Shown here: positions 17,181 to 26,674 of the stretch, one piece after another
How positions within the stretch are numbered: the stretch's first letter is position 1
Layout: each line of letters begins with the position of its first letter
Origin: a virus
Lineage: Duplodnaviria > Caudoviricetes
DNA length: 62,090 nt
Reading direction: 5' to 3' (one strand)
IMG/VR virus record: IMGVR_UViG_3300021138_000028
Span: 1-62,090 of that record
Made by a program: the position numbers and the translations under genes
Notes under the pieces: generated by a model
Seen by the model: the letters and a program-made list of their open reading frames with translations, nothing else
Told to the model about the DNA's origin: nothing
Databases searched by the model: none

Positions 17181-17700
17181 CACTCCTGCTCCGATTGAGC
17201 AAGCGTCAAGAACACTGTCCTTGCAAAAGACAGACCTATTGACTCATGTGAATTGGGAACCGACAGGTAAGAGCCCTGGTAATACGCCACAAGCCAAGTT
17301 GCAAGCGGCACAAATGTTCTTGCAGATGTTGGCTAATCCGTCGATTGCTCAATATATTAACCTACCTGCCCTGCTTACGATCATCCTAAAGGATGGTCCG
17401 TTGCAGAATGCTACCAATGTGTTGAAGTCTCAGCAAGAGGTTCAACAAATGGCGCAACAGCAACAGCAAGCGCAAATGGCTCAAATGCAAGCGCAACAAG
17501 GACCACCTAATGACCAATCTCAGCCGACAACAGCACCAGCTATTGATTCAGGGGCAGTTCCCGGACCTCCAGCGTCTCAAGGAGTTCCTGATGGGACCGG
17601 AATGGGAAGTATGTCAGGCGTACCTAATGCACCACCTATCAATAGCGGAATCCCGATGCCTGGATCTGGACCCGATTTCCCAGGCGTCATCCATCGCTAG
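17170..17700 (+). CDS. portal C-terminal segment in the +1 frame (separate gene or recoded continuation)
   Basis: LQAAQMFLQMLANP...QQMAQQQQQAQMAQMQ tail typical of portal C-termini; GGAGG-6nt-TTG. Confidence 0.6.
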   Translation: MDNNTPAPIEQASRTLSLQKTDLLTHVNWEPTGKSPGNTPQAKLQAAQMFLQMLANPSIAQYINLPALLTIILKDGPLQNATNVLKSQQEVQQMAQQQQQAQMAQMQAQQGPPNDQSQPTTAPAIDSGAVPGPPASQGVPDGTGMGSMSGVPNAPPINSGIPMPGSGPDFPGVIHR

Positions 17701-17815
17701 GGAGCAAGGTAAGGCTAAGTTTTTGAGACGATTCGAGACACCGGATAGCACTTTTACGGAAGTAAAAGATTTCTGGGAAAAGGAAATGAAGGAAAAATGG
17801 AAGACGAAATTGTAG
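17510..17815 (+). CDS. small post-portal helical protein
   Basis: usual slot between portal and scaffold; AAGGA SD. Confidence 0.6.
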   Translation: MTNLSRQQHQLLIQGQFPDLQRLKEFLMGPEWEVCQAYLMHHLSIAESRCLDLDPISQASSIAREQGKAKFLRRFETPDSTFTEVKDFWEKEMKEKWKTKL

Positions 17816-18480
17816 AAGTCCCTGCTGACTATACCGGGGCAGAAACCCCTGTGAATTCGACCACCGTTGCTACAGAATCCCAAGCGGTTACCCCGCCTCC
17901 GATTATTGCGGCACCAGATTTTGAAGCACTTCGGGCGCAAGCTATCGAGGAAGGACGACGACTGGCACGAGAAGAGTTATTGGCTTCTCAGCAAGTTGCT
18001 CAAACTCCTGCTCCGGTAGCCACACCTAAGAGTGAATTGCCACCGGAGTTTTTTGAAGATCCAGAAGGGTACATGGATCGTAAAGCGGCTGCCCAAGCCA
18101 AACTTGCCGTTGAGCAAGCAATGGCGACGGTGATGCCGTATATCCAGCGTACTCAGTCTGATGATGTTGTTGGTAAGGTAGCAAAGGGCCTAACTCCTGA
18201 TGCTCAAGACTTTGCTCGTAAGATCGCAAGTCAAATTGCACCGGGCGTTAAGCTGGAAGGTGAAGCATTGGATCTTATACAACGTGCTACTCGTGACTAT
18301 GATCGTGAGGTCCGCGAGAAGCAAGCAAAGACAGTTGAACCAGCGGTAGCGGAAACGGCTACGGTTCGTATGAATTCTGACATGATGGATACGTTCAAGG
18401 CAAATAACGCTTTTCGCGCTAAACACAATTTGCCTCCTATGTCTGCGGCTGAATTCAAGGCCCAAATGGAGAAACAATAA
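17797..18480 (+). CDS. capsid scaffolding protein (putative)
   Basis: acidic, Pro/Ala-rich, helical; upstream of the capsid genes. Confidence 0.65.
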   Translation: MEDEIVEVPADYTGAETPVNSTTVATESQAVTPPPIIAAPDFEALRAQAIEEGRRLAREELLASQQVAQTPAPVATPKSELPPEFFEDPEGYMDRKAAAQAKLAVEQAMATVMPYIQRTQSDDVVGKVAKGLTPDAQDFARKIASQIAPGVKLEGEALDLIQRATRDYDREVREKQAKTVEPAVAETATVRMNSDMMDTFKANNAFRAKHNLPPMSAAEFKAQMEKQ

Positions 18481-18848
18481 TGGCAATCGTTAAGTCTCAA
18501 ACAGAAGCTCCACGAGGGCGTATTGCTCGTGATCCAGATCGTCACTATATCAAGATTCAAAAGGATGCTCCCTTGATGGGATATGACACTCCTATTCATG
18601 ACTACTTGGACATCAGTAGTATTGAGAATCCTGATGAACCGATGTACCGAATCGACTCAGAATCGGCTCGTGACACGGGTTCTTCGCAGATGATTTTGTT
18701 GTCCTGTTCAAAGACGGACCACAAACTTGCTATCAAGCAACTCGCTGATATTGCCAAGCGCAATGAAGGGGCTGTCAATACAGATAGCGACGAAAAATCA
18801 GAAGGATATGAGGAAATTACGCGAAAAAGATCAGCAATTAGTTCCTAA
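18480..18848 (+). CDS. hypothetical head-module protein
   Basis: TAATG coupling. Confidence 0.65.
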   Translation: MAIVKSQTEAPRGRIARDPDRHYIKIQKDAPLMGYDTPIHDYLDISSIENPDEPMYRIDSESARDTGSSQMILLSCSKTDHKLAIKQLADIAKRNEGAVNTDSDEKSEGYEEITRKRSAISS

Positions 18849-18911
18849 TCGCGTATCATAAAGACAATTGGACCCCTTATGGCTGGGGGGTGGGTCGCTG
18901 AAAGGAGAAAA

Positions 18912-19514
18912 ATGGCGGCACAAAGAGCTTTAGGTGTAGCGGGTCCGATTCCAGTTAGGATTGAGTGGTATCCCGTATACGCGTCTGCAACATTCGTCCA
19001 AGGGGATTTTCTTGTTCTACAAGGAACGACAACTGGTGTTACTATCGCGGCTGCGGCAGGTAATAACTTCACTACCCCTACTTCGCAAACTACAGCAATC
19101 GTTGGACGTGCAGAAGCACCTTCTAGCATCCAAACGGCTGATGCAACGTCGGTACAATGTACTTGGGTTCCGGTAACGGTAGCATCCCCCGATGTGTGGT
19201 TCCAGATTCCATTGTATTCGGCAACTGCGGCTAATGCTGTTGGCCTACTTGCTGAGATCGGGCGAGACTACGGTGGTCGCCAGGTAACCGCAAACTATCC
19301 TGCGGTCAACATTGACACGGTTGTTTCGGCAACAACTAACCCTACGACTGGCATTTTCCGAATTATGTCAATCGACTCTGCCGATAATCCCGGTTGGGCT
19401 ACGAGTGCAACTGGTACGGCTTATGCCGCTGGTACGACTCAGTTCTGTAACGTTTATGCCTCGGTTACCGCTCCCGCTTGCTTACTGTCGGGCGCAAGGA
19501 TGGTTGCTTACTAA
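18912..19514 (+). CDS. capsid decoration / minor head protein
   Basis: AAGGAG SD; F.QGD.LV motif; directly before the MCP. Confidence 0.6.
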   Translation: MAAQRALGVAGPIPVRIEWYPVYASATFVQGDFLVLQGTTTGVTIAAAAGNNFTTPTSQTTAIVGRAEAPSSIQTADATSVQCTWVPVTVASPDVWFQIPLYSATAANAVGLLAEIGRDYGGRQVTANYPAVNIDTVVSATTNPTTGIFRIMSIDSADNPGWATSATGTAYAAGTTQFCNVYASVTAPACLLSGARMVAY

Positions 19515-20429
19515 ATGGCTATTCTCGTACCTACACTCGCACTTGCGAGAAAGAACATTCTTGAAGTGTTCGTTGTCGAAGCTGATAAGCTCGAAAAGCA
19601 ATGGGACTTTGTTGTCGGAAAGGAATTCGACACAACTCAGGCTTTTGAAGTCTTTAAGCAGATCAAGCCATTGAGCCCTGCACAGCAGACGCCAGAAGGT
19701 CAGACTGTTGCTTACGATGATCTTGCTCAGATTTACACTCAGGCTTTCTATCCTGTCATGTTCACGAAAGGCTTGAAGTATTCAAAGCTATTTGCTTTCA
19801 CACTTCAATATCAGGACGTAATGAACAAGCAGGATCAGTTTGCTCGTGCGTTCACTCAGAAGAAGAACATCGTTGCGGCGAATATCAACAACCTTGGCTT
19901 CACGTCAACCACCTACGGTATGAACTCAGAGACTTTGTACTCGACGGCTCATAGCCAAGGTGCAGGTAACCCGACGTTCTCTAACCGTCCTGCCGCTGAA
20001 CTTCCGTTCGGGCCTCTTGCTCTTGAGCAGGGCCTTCAAGAACTTCGCGCACAGATCGATCCGGTTGGACAGCCAATGATGCTCACTGGTAAGGTGTTGC
20101 TTACTGTTCCGATTCAGAAGCAGGGTGTTGCTACTCGTGTCGTGAATTCGTTGAAGCTGGCAACCACGAACAACAACGACGTTAATACGTTCATCAAGGA
20201 TCGTATTGACTTTGAAGTTATCGACTACTACACCAGCTCAAACGCTTGGTTCCTTCGTATGCAGAAGGCTGGTGTCGGTGGACATGGACTGTTCATGTTG
20301 AACCAGATGCCATACGACATGGAACAGCTTGCTCGTGACGATGCCCTTATGGACAAGTGGGTCGGTTCCGAGTCTTACACTGTCGGTTGGAAGGATGCTC
20401 ACGGTTCTTGGGGAACCCTCGGGCAGTAA
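19515..20429 (+). CDS. major capsid protein (HK97 fold, Mu gpT-like family)
   Basis: TPEGQTVAYD, LYSTAH, LTVP, NDVN, YYTSSNAWFL, ESYTVGWKDAHG.WG motifs. Confidence 0.8.
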   Translation: MAILVPTLALARKNILEVFVVEADKLEKQWDFVVGKEFDTTQAFEVFKQIKPLSPAQQTPEGQTVAYDDLAQIYTQAFYPVMFTKGLKYSKLFAFTLQYQDVMNKQDQFARAFTQKKNIVAANINNLGFTSTTYGMNSETLYSTAHSQGAGNPTFSNRPAAELPFGPLALEQGLQELRAQIDPVGQPMMLTGKVLLTVPIQKQGVATRVVNSLKLATTNNNDVNTFIKDRIDFEVIDYYTSSNAWFLRMQKAGVGGHGLFMLNQMPYDMEQLARDDALMDKWVGSESYTVGWKDAHGSWGTLGQ

Positions 20430-20438
20430 GGAGAAAAA

Positions 20439-21518
20439 ATGCCCTCAGAAGGTACCCAATTTAAGAATAAGGTCTTCGGCATTCAGCCTCAATACGTCAA
20501 CGGGCTTCCAACCCTGTATGAAGGCTTGAACGTGCCGGGAACTTTTGCTTCGGCAACGTTCCTTGCGGGGACAGGTAACTCGACAAATCCAGTCAGCGGT
20601 ATTGGTGATATAGCCTATACCGCAACGACTCCAACCGTGTTGATCCCTGACAGTGCCGTTCCTTCGGGAATGCGCTGTTATATCACTCGATGCGACATTG
20701 ATATGCAGGGAAATACCCCTTGGGCAAACACAGGCTTCAATGCCTACTGTATGCTCTCGGACACGGCAAGCCATCCGCTTGTTTACGTTCCTCGTGCGGC
20801 TCTACAATGGGGCTTGTCGGAGTATGAACTTCCTCAAGCTAATATTGAAGTGCCATTACAGGTCACAGTGTCCTCGTATGCGGCGGCAACTGGTGTTATT
20901 ACTGTTCCGTCGATCTTTACGGCTGGTGCAGTAGCGGCTGCTAACCCTCCAATGAACAACACTCCGTTTACGGTTGTGGCTGGAACTGGACAGGGACAAA
21001 GCGCAATCATCAGTTCGTTTACTGCGACAACGGTAACTCCTGTTGGTGGTGCGGCGGCATTCCCAGTAGCCTTGGACAATACAAGCGTCTTGGCGTTTTG
21101 GTATTGGCCTGTTCAGGTCGGTGGTAGCTCAACGGTTATTAGTCTTTCTACTTTGAATACTAGCAACACGTTTGCGGCGAACTCACTCGACAATGGATTC
21201 AACCTCCTTGGTATTTCCTACCAGAGTGGTGCGGCTAGTGGAACGGTTCGTCCGATCCTATCTAATCAGGTGTACTCGGCTAACACGAGTGTTCCGACCG
21301 TCACAGCGGCTTTCGCCTTCAATACTAACCCTTCGGCTTATGACGTGATACAAATTACGAATAACACTGAAATGGCTGGTATTGTCGACATGGCAGTTGT
21401 GGATAAGTGGGCCGCTTCGCAGACAGGTAAGGGAATTCAGTTCACTACTGGTCCGGTTGGAACTTGGACTTCGGGATCTCCGCTCCGCATTTATGTGGAA
21501 GGATTCTTCGCGGTATAA
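20439..21518 (+). CDS. virion structural protein
   Basis: T/S/G-rich beta protein; AAGGAG SD. Confidence 0.7.
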   Translation: MPSEGTQFKNKVFGIQPQYVNGLPTLYEGLNVPGTFASATFLAGTGNSTNPVSGIGDIAYTATTPTVLIPDSAVPSGMRCYITRCDIDMQGNTPWANTGFNAYCMLSDTASHPLVYVPRAALQWGLSEYELPQANIEVPLQVTVSSYAAATGVITVPSIFTAGAVAAANPPMNNTPFTVVAGTGQGQSAIISSFTATTVTPVGGAAAFPVALDNTSVLAFWYWPVQVGGSSTVISLSTLNTSNTFAANSLDNGFNLLGISYQSGAASGTVRPILSNQVYSANTSVPTVTAAFAFNTNPSAYDVIQITNNTEMAGIVDMAVVDKWAASQTGKGIQFTTGPVGTWTSGSPLRIYVEGFFAV

Positions 21519-21542
21519 TCGCCTTACTTTCCAGGAATCAAG

Positions 21543-21575
21543 AACCTCGGTGGCTTATAACTATCGGGGTTTTTT
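21543..21575 (+). terminator. intrinsic terminator after the capsid genes
   Basis: aacctcggtgg...ctatcggggtt plus T run. Confidence 0.7.
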
Positions 21576-21598
21576 GGTATTTGGGATAGAATAAGTCA

Positions 21599-22186
21599 AT
21601 GCCAACTTACACAAATACTGCTGGATCAGTTAAAAACGTAGCGAGAGCTAGTTCTGTTGGTGTATGGTCAAATGCTGGTGCAGTTTGGAATGGAGCAAGC
21701 CAAGGTGCATATTATCAATTTACTGACTATCTTTGCTTTTACAATTTTGGATTTTCGATCCCATCTACAGAGAGTATTGTTGGAATTCAGGTTCAATATC
21801 CTATTTACAATTCCCCTGATACGAACGAAAAAGCCTGTGATAGTTCAGTCGTTTTAACGGCTGATGCTTTAACTCAAATTGTAGGATCAGTTGACCATGC
21901 AACTGCAACACCATATAGTAATATCTCCTTGACAACTCAATATCACGGCACTTCTGCGGATACATGGAGTGCTAGCCTTACTTATGCTCAGGCAAACTCT
22001 TCAAACTTTGGATTCATGCTATCTTGCAAGGAAACAACTGGTGGTGTTTCTGGCCCGACAAGTCAAGTCGCAAGTGCGACCCCAACGATTGTAATAACTA
22101 CTGTGGTAAACCCCACGTTGGTTCCAAATGCGTCTACAATGTATCAGGCAGGAATTATGCCGGTTAATGGTTCAAGGATTTTCTAA
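21599..22186 (+). CDS. virion structural protein
   Basis: NFGFSIP...IVGIQV...G.SADTW...NSSNFG phage structural motif; TAGAAT 6 nt before ATG. Confidence 0.7.
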   Translation: MPTYTNTAGSVKNVARASSVGVWSNAGAVWNGASQGAYYQFTDYLCFYNFGFSIPSTESIVGIQVQYPIYNSPDTNEKACDSSVVLTADALTQIVGSVDHATATPYSNISLTTQYHGTSADTWSASLTYAQANSSNFGFMLSCKETTGGVSGPTSQVASATPTIVITTVVNPTLVPNASTMYQAGIMPVNGSRIF

Positions 22187-22708
22187 ATGGCAGCAGGAAA
22201 CGCAACTCCAAATCCAGTTTACGGTCAAGCTTATCGCTTCCCATTCAAGATCGTATCTCTTGCGACGGGAAACCCGATCACTGGTGGCTTAACTGGCCTT
22301 TCGACCTCTGGTAACTGCCAAGTAAGCAAAGATGGAGCAACGTTCGTCAACACAACGAATAATCCAGTGGAGATAGGAACTAGCGGCTATGGATACCTTG
22401 ATCTTACTGCCGCTGAGATGTCGTATTCATCATTGATCGTCCGAATTGCGGCAACCAACTCCAATGCCGTTGAATTCTCGATCACCATTCCAATCTGCTA
22501 TCTCCAACCAACGGCAGGTCGGGCCGACCAAGCAACGATTGTCCGAGTGGAACAGCTATTCCTTCAAGAATTCTATTTCTGGTTTAACAAGCAAGTTATC
22601 TCGTCTAACGTCCAGACGGTTTATCTCCCAGATGGTACAACGCCTTTAGCTTCGGGCGCCGTCTCAAACGATGGGAACGGTGGGTCAGTAAGGAACACAA
22701 TACAGTGA
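22187..22708 (+). CDS. virion structural protein
   Basis: SKDGATF......EIG.SG..YL.LTAAEM motif. Confidence 0.7.
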   Translation: MAAGNATPNPVYGQAYRFPFKIVSLATGNPITGGLTGLSTSGNCQVSKDGATFVNTTNNPVEIGTSGYGYLDLTAAEMSYSSLIVRIAATNSNAVEFSITIPICYLQPTAGRADQATIVRVEQLFLQEFYFWFNKQVISSNVQTVYLPDGTTPLASGAVSNDGNGGSVRNTIQ

Positions 22709-22977
22709 CGTACTTCCCTGCTTTCTCGAATGCTCCCCAAGGAACTTATCAAGCTCCTGCGGCAATGGCGGCATTATTCACGACGATGATCTTTACCTAC
22801 GTTCCTGACTCGGTAATCGTGAATACGCTTGATGTTGTTCCGAATTATGATGAGACAGGGGGTATCTGCCAACGAACAGGAAAGTGGTATGGTTCATCCC
22901 AATTAGTGAAAGACGGAACTGGACGAATAGTGGGTTCGGATCATGCTCTTGATGGAGGAAATAATTGGCTTTTCTAG
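22705..22977 (+). CDS. hypothetical protein
   Basis: GTGA overlap. Confidence 0.6.
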   Translation: MTYFPAFSNAPQGTYQAPAAMAALFTTMIFTYVPDSVIVNTLDVVPNYDETGGICQRTGKWYGSSQLVKDGTGRIVGSDHALDGGNNWLF

Positions 22978-23624
22978 TCAGTGATGTAACCGCTCAAGTT
23001 CGGCTTCACATGAGCGACTTTCCTTTGGACACCGATCCAGTGGCTTTGTCTATCGTAAATCTAGCATACAGTGACATCGTAGCAAAGGTCCGTCTTTATC
23101 CGACTTCGGCATTAACGATTTATCCAATTGCCAACCAACAAGAGTACACGCTACCTTCTTCAATCGTGCGTATCTGGTCAGCGAGATGGTGGACAAGTTC
23201 TACGACATCTATTCCAATCATGGAAACGTCAATTGACGAACTCGATTACGAGAATCCAGTATGGCGATCGGTCTCACCAAGCAATCAGCCATATAAATAC
23301 TACGAAGATGGAGGACAACTTGGATTCTTCCCGGCTCCAAGTACAACGGTAGCTTCAGGCTACCCTTGCGTGATTCTTCAAACTACGCTTTTTACTCCTT
23401 ACGCTACGATTTCCGATCCCCTTCCAACATATCTATTGAACGTTGATGCTTGGGTATGGGGAGTGTGCGCTCGATGGTCAGCGATGCAACACCATGATTC
23501 GGCAGATTACTTTGCGAATCTTGCTCTTAATGCTCGTGCTGAACTTATTGCATCCAGAAACAACTTGCTTGTCAGACAAAAGCCAATGGTGAAGGCTTCC
23601 TATAACGGTCCTCGTAATAGGTAA
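22965..23624 (+). CDS. head-tail adaptor / tail tubular protein A-like
   Basis: QQEYTLP...P.KYY.....LGFFPAP motif; GGAGG-TTG start. Confidence 0.7.
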   Translation: MAFLVSDVTAQVRLHMSDFPLDTDPVALSIVNLAYSDIVAKVRLYPTSALTIYPIANQQEYTLPSSIVRIWSARWWTSSTTSIPIMETSIDELDYENPVWRSVSPSNQPYKYYEDGGQLGFFPAPSTTVASGYPCVILQTTLFTPYATISDPLPTYLLNVDAWVWGVCARWSAMQHHDSADYFANLALNARAELIASRNNLLVRQKPMVKASYNGPRNR

Positions 23625-23712
23625 TTCAGTGGGATCTAGTTTCCTTGTTACGACCCCAGCCAGGGTGAGACGACGATCCCATTGAAAGAGATTCATGCGA
23701 TAATAAATTACG

Positions 23713-26628
23713 ATGATTCCAAAGTCGCGTAACCCTCGGATTAAGGCCCCTGCTCAACAATTGATGCCATTCATGTCACCGGGCATGATTAAAGGGTTCA
23801 AATCATTTCCTGCGGCTTCATCTTTGACGCCTGACTATGCGGCATTACTTGGGAACACTCGTCTTGGGAACCAAGGGGTGCAAGCTAGAAACGGAAATGC
23901 GTCGGTATCGACTAGCCTTTCTGGAATTGTGCGTGGTGTCTATTCCTGCTCATTCAATGGGGTGCCTACGATTTTTGCCGCGACTTGGGATGGATCGACC
24001 CATATCTCAATTTACAGTTCAACAGACGAAGGTGCAACTTGGACCAACATCTCACCGACCTCTGGGAAATATGGAGACACTAGATTAACGGGTTCGGCTT
24101 CCTCTGGTCCTGTCTACTTCTCGGTGGTGACTGATAATGATATTTCTGGCACAAATCGGGATATGCTCATTATTGAAAATGGTACCGATACTCCTAGAAT
24201 TTACGGTTACAATGAAGTCTCGGCTATCACTGTTACGATGTCTGAGGCAATTCAGCCTCCTGCGGTTCCTAATACATCGAACCTCTATCAGCAAGCAGGA
24301 TTTGCCAATTTCTTCAATGTAAAGAATTTCGGATCACAGACCATTACAAATGGTGGTGGTGCGACTCCACCAACAATCACAAATGCGGCTGGTGCGGCAA
24401 TTGATTTAGCTATCGTTGCTGGCACAACTCTGAACAGTTGGGCGCAAGTTGTCTTTTCGTCGTCGGTAGATTTCAGCAAGTCAACCCAGCTAACGATGAT
24501 TGTTGACCAAGCATTGACGCTAACTGCGTCCTCTTATGCTTCGACTACGGGTGTGATTACATTCCCCGCAAACTCATTCAATACTGGTGGTCTTGTTGGT
24601 ACAACGGCCTATGTGTCGGCAGGAACAGGGGCGCGACAATCATTCACTGTTCAAGCCAATACTGCGACGACGGTAACTCCGACCAATATACCGACTGTAG
24701 CGTTGGATAACACGAGTGTAATCAAGTTTGCCGTGATGCCCGATCCTCAATTGCTTTACCAGAAACTAAAAATTGAGATTGGAGACGGTACGAACCGACA
24801 GACTTGCTTTGACCCATCCAACAACATCGGTAGCATTTTGGTTACGTCGTATCCATCGACGGTAAGTTCCACGGCACTTCAAATTGCGGTCCCGATGCCA
24901 ACGGCTTCGCCTTTGACTCTTTCGGCTATCACAACGATTCGCATTAGCTATGTTTCAAGTGCCGTCGTCAAGACTGATGCCCAATTCTATGTCATGGCTG
25001 CCGGGGGCATTACTCAGGGTGGCGCATCTTTTGGTGCCGCATATCATTCCTCGGGTTCTCACCAGACAGGACCGGGAACAGTTATCACCAACAAAAATCA
25101 AGTTCCTCTAAGCCAACTATCGGCAGGAACAGGCTACGGAAACCTGTATCTTATTGAAGATCAGCGATTCTTCTACGACTATCTTGTGAGTGCTGATATT
25201 CCATCTTCGACTTACACAACGCAAGGAATAGACATCTTGATCGTCTACCGTGAAGATGTTGGACAAGGATACTTCTACTTTGCGACCTATGGAATCTTTG
25301 CTACCTACTCGGCATCAAACTGGATTCTGTGGAATGCCGGCACAACAACAGTAACCGTTGGCTTGCTAGGAAATGCAGGTCCGGTAGGTGGAGGAAACTG
25401 CGGAAATCTAGTCAACTTCGGAAAACCACTCCCGAATGCTGGGAATGTATGCCTCCCTGTCGGTACAGCTTCTTTATGGATTGACGGACGTTGTTTTGTC
25501 TGTTCTGGATCAACACTGTGGATCTCGGAATACTCTCAGCCATTCCTATTCACCAAGGCCCAACGGTTCTTATCACCGGGCAATCCTGACCCTCTTTCTG
25601 GAACCACGATCCTCAAGTCAGGGGAGACGATTCAGCAAATAGTTGCCATTGGTGCAAGCCCAACATCTTCGACTTCGCTTGGTGGACCTCTGGACGGAAC
25701 CGGAACGGTTTACTTCTGGACAGACAAGAACTTCTACAAGGTCTTGGGGTTCTCTGCTCAAGGGTTGGATCAAACTTCACTGGTTGGAACTCATGGCACA
25801 TTGAGCCCAAACTCAGTCGCAAGGAATCGAACTGGAATCTATTGGCTTGATAACTTCGGGCAAGTTTGCTATTACACTGCTGGAATGTCCATGATTTACG
25901 GAGTCTCGATCCCCGATCAGCAAATCAATGTCATCTCGCTCTATAAGGTCGACAATGACATTCCGTACATCCCAAGCAATACTGGGTCTTCACCTTACAA
26001 TCGGAAACAATTTGTCGCAGGAGCTTGCAACAATAACCGCTATTACATGGCATACACCAAGTCAAGCGGGACAGCGAACGTCCAGGCCCTTGTGTTCTGC
26101 GAACAGTTGGGCACCTTCGATAGCTTGGATGACTTTGCTTATAGCGGGTCGACTTATAGTGCTGAATTTATCCTGCCTTACTATTCAGCATCGGCGGGAC
26201 GCGTCAAGACTCTCTATTTCTCACCAGCAACGACAACTACGAATGTCTTGGAGCATGAAGTACCGGGCAACACGAACACCGTGAACTATAAGTTCACGAC
26301 TCGTCAAATCTTTGACAACTTCGCAAATGCGATGGAGATTGATACGGTCACCGTAGGTATCTCAAATGACAATGCTAGTGGCTTTGCGCTCACCGTGGAT
26401 CGCTACTATATCACTCAGCTTGGTCAAACGACTCGAACGAGTACGCTTAACTTTTTGTCGCAAGGTGGCACTCCATCGTATCAAGTTCTGACTGATGGAC
26501 CTATAGGTGACACTGGAACGACGGCTCAACTTTCGATCTATGGAGCAGTACCAGGAGGCACAACTTTCCTTTCGCTTAATGCCGTCGTCCAAAGAACTAA
26601 GACAACCAACTATGTGAGAAGCACTTAG
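23713..26628 (+). CDS. tail nozzle / stabilisation protein (beta-propeller, P22 gp10-like)
   Basis: 971 aa after the adaptor; GTLSPNSV...GIYWLD motif. Confidence 0.65.
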   Translation: MIPKSRNPRIKAPAQQLMPFMSPGMIKGFKSFPAASSLTPDYAALLGNTRLGNQGVQARNGNASVSTSLSGIVRGVYSCSFNGVPTIFAATWDGSTHISIYSSTDEGATWTNISPTSGKYGDTRLTGSASSGPVYFSVVTDNDISGTNRDMLIIENGTDTPRIYGYNEVSAITVTMSEAIQPPAVPNTSNLYQQAGFANFFNVKNFGSQTITNGGGATPPTITNAAGAAIDLAIVAGTTLNSWAQVVFSSSVDFSKSTQLTMIVDQALTLTASSYASTTGVITFPANSFNTGGLVGTTAYVSAGTGARQSFTVQANTATTVTPTNIPTVALDNTSVIKFAVMPDPQLLYQKLKIEIGDGTNRQTCFDPSNNIGSILVTSYPSTVSSTALQIAVPMPTASPLTLSAITTIRISYVSSAVVKTDAQFYVMAAGGITQGGASFGAAYHSSGSHQTGPGTVITNKNQVPLSQLSAGTGYGNLYLIEDQRFFYDYLVSADIPSSTYTTQGIDILIVYREDVGQGYFYFATYGIFATYSASNWILWNAGTTTVTVGLLGNAGPVGGGNCGNLVNFGKPLPNAGNVCLPVGTASLWIDGRCFVCSGSTLWISEYSQPFLFTKAQRFLSPGNPDPLSGTTILKSGETIQQIVAIGASPTSSTSLGGPLDGTGTVYFWTDKNFYKVLGFSAQGLDQTSLVGTHGTLSPNSVARNRTGIYWLDNFGQVCYYTAGMSMIYGVSIPDQQINVISLYKVDNDIPYIPSNTGSSPYNRKQFVAGACNNNRYYMAYTKSSGTANVQALVFCEQLGTFDSLDDFAYSGSTYSAEFILPYYSASAGRVKTLYFSPATTTTNVLEHEVPGNTNTVNYKFTTRQIFDNFANAMEIDTVTVGISNDNASGFALTVDRYYITQLGQTTRTSTLNFLSQGGTPSYQVLTDGPIGDTGTTAQLSIYGAVPGGTTFLSLNAVVQRTKTTNYVRST

Positions 26629-26674
26629 TTCTATCTCCCGTTGTATAATGAGGTTGGCTGGGCATGGGGTAACT

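Noticed and set aside
18879-18911. Upstream ATG start MAGGWV
   Set aside because: The ATG is part of the TGGCTGGGG hairpin; AAGGAG supports 18912
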